The position numbers were made by a program, and so were the translations under genes. 64,000 nt of DNA from Chiloscyllium plagiosum (lineage: Eukaryota). The stretch is from the NCBI RefSeq assembly GCF_004010195.1, contig NC_057719.1, positions 79,596,503-79,660,502 of the forward strand, in the 5' to 3' direction. The notes under the pieces are model-generated. The model saw only the letters and a program-made list of their open reading frames with translations, made no database searches and was not told where the DNA came from. This document shows, one piece after another, positions 63,462 through 64,000 of this stretch (positions within the stretch are counted from its first letter, which is position 1; every line of letters begins with the position of its first letter).

Positions 63462-64000
63462 CTTCTTCTGCCCCGTCAGCATCTAACAACTTGTGAAGGA
63501 ACTTTACCGCGGAAAACAGGCCCAGGACATCAGTCTCCTCAGTGACTCTCCTCAGTTCAGAGAGCTCATTAACGAACATCACGCTCTAATGAAATGGTCA
63601 CGGGAGTGCAAGTTTACAAGGTTTTAAAATAGCCTTTTGTTTGGAGAGATGGTGTCTCATATTTCCACAGCTCCTGATTGCCAGGCATTTTGTCATAGAA
63701 GAGGCCATCCAGGCCATCAGCTTTGTGCTGGCTCTGTTAAAACGTCTCCCAACCAGCATTGCTGTCCTGCCTTTCACTCACAGCCCTGTACATTCTTTCC
63801 CTCTGAGCTTATGTACCTGCAATAGTGTATCAATTTAGCTTGTTCCCACCAAGCTTTCAGGGTGTGAATTCTAGATCATAACAACTTAACGTGTGTTAAA
63901 ACAAAAGTCTCCACAGTGTGCCTTTGGCAACTTTGCCAGTGCCTCAGATCTGCATTTTCCAGTTACCTTGTGTCAGTGGGAAACAGTTTCTCATCGAAAA

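Overview
Eukaryotic, repeat-dense DNA, almost certainly from a shark or ray (elasmobranch). It carries 15 copies of the HE1-type tRNA-derived SINE, many CR1/HER1-type LINE fragments (one nearly full-length, with ORF1 esterase and APE but the RT core deleted), Deu-domain and other tRNA-SINEs, Tx1/L1-like and Rex1/Babar-like LINE ends, decayed Gypsy pol, a clean solo LTR and an 80-bp minisatellite. I could not identify any host protein-coding gene; nearly all recognisable ORFs are retroelement debris. The most striking signal is a set of Penelope-like element (PLE) insertions carrying minimal hammerhead ribozyme (HHR) motifs (CUGAnGA-stem II-GAAA-palindromic 4-mer-UH). One is a 2.3-kb RT/GIY-YIG element with an inverted arm. 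At least seven others are only 128-390 bp, non-coding and mostly palindromic, each bounded by an 11-16 bp target-site duplication (TSD). One 226-bp copy has an intact ribozyme core on each strand, and breakpoints cluster at the ribozyme. A separate non-repeat segment (~5040-5435) holds four co-oriented nuclear-receptor DR1 elements plus a consensus NF-kB site. All calls are by eye; family names, boundaries of old repeats and ribozyme activity need computational or experimental confirmation.
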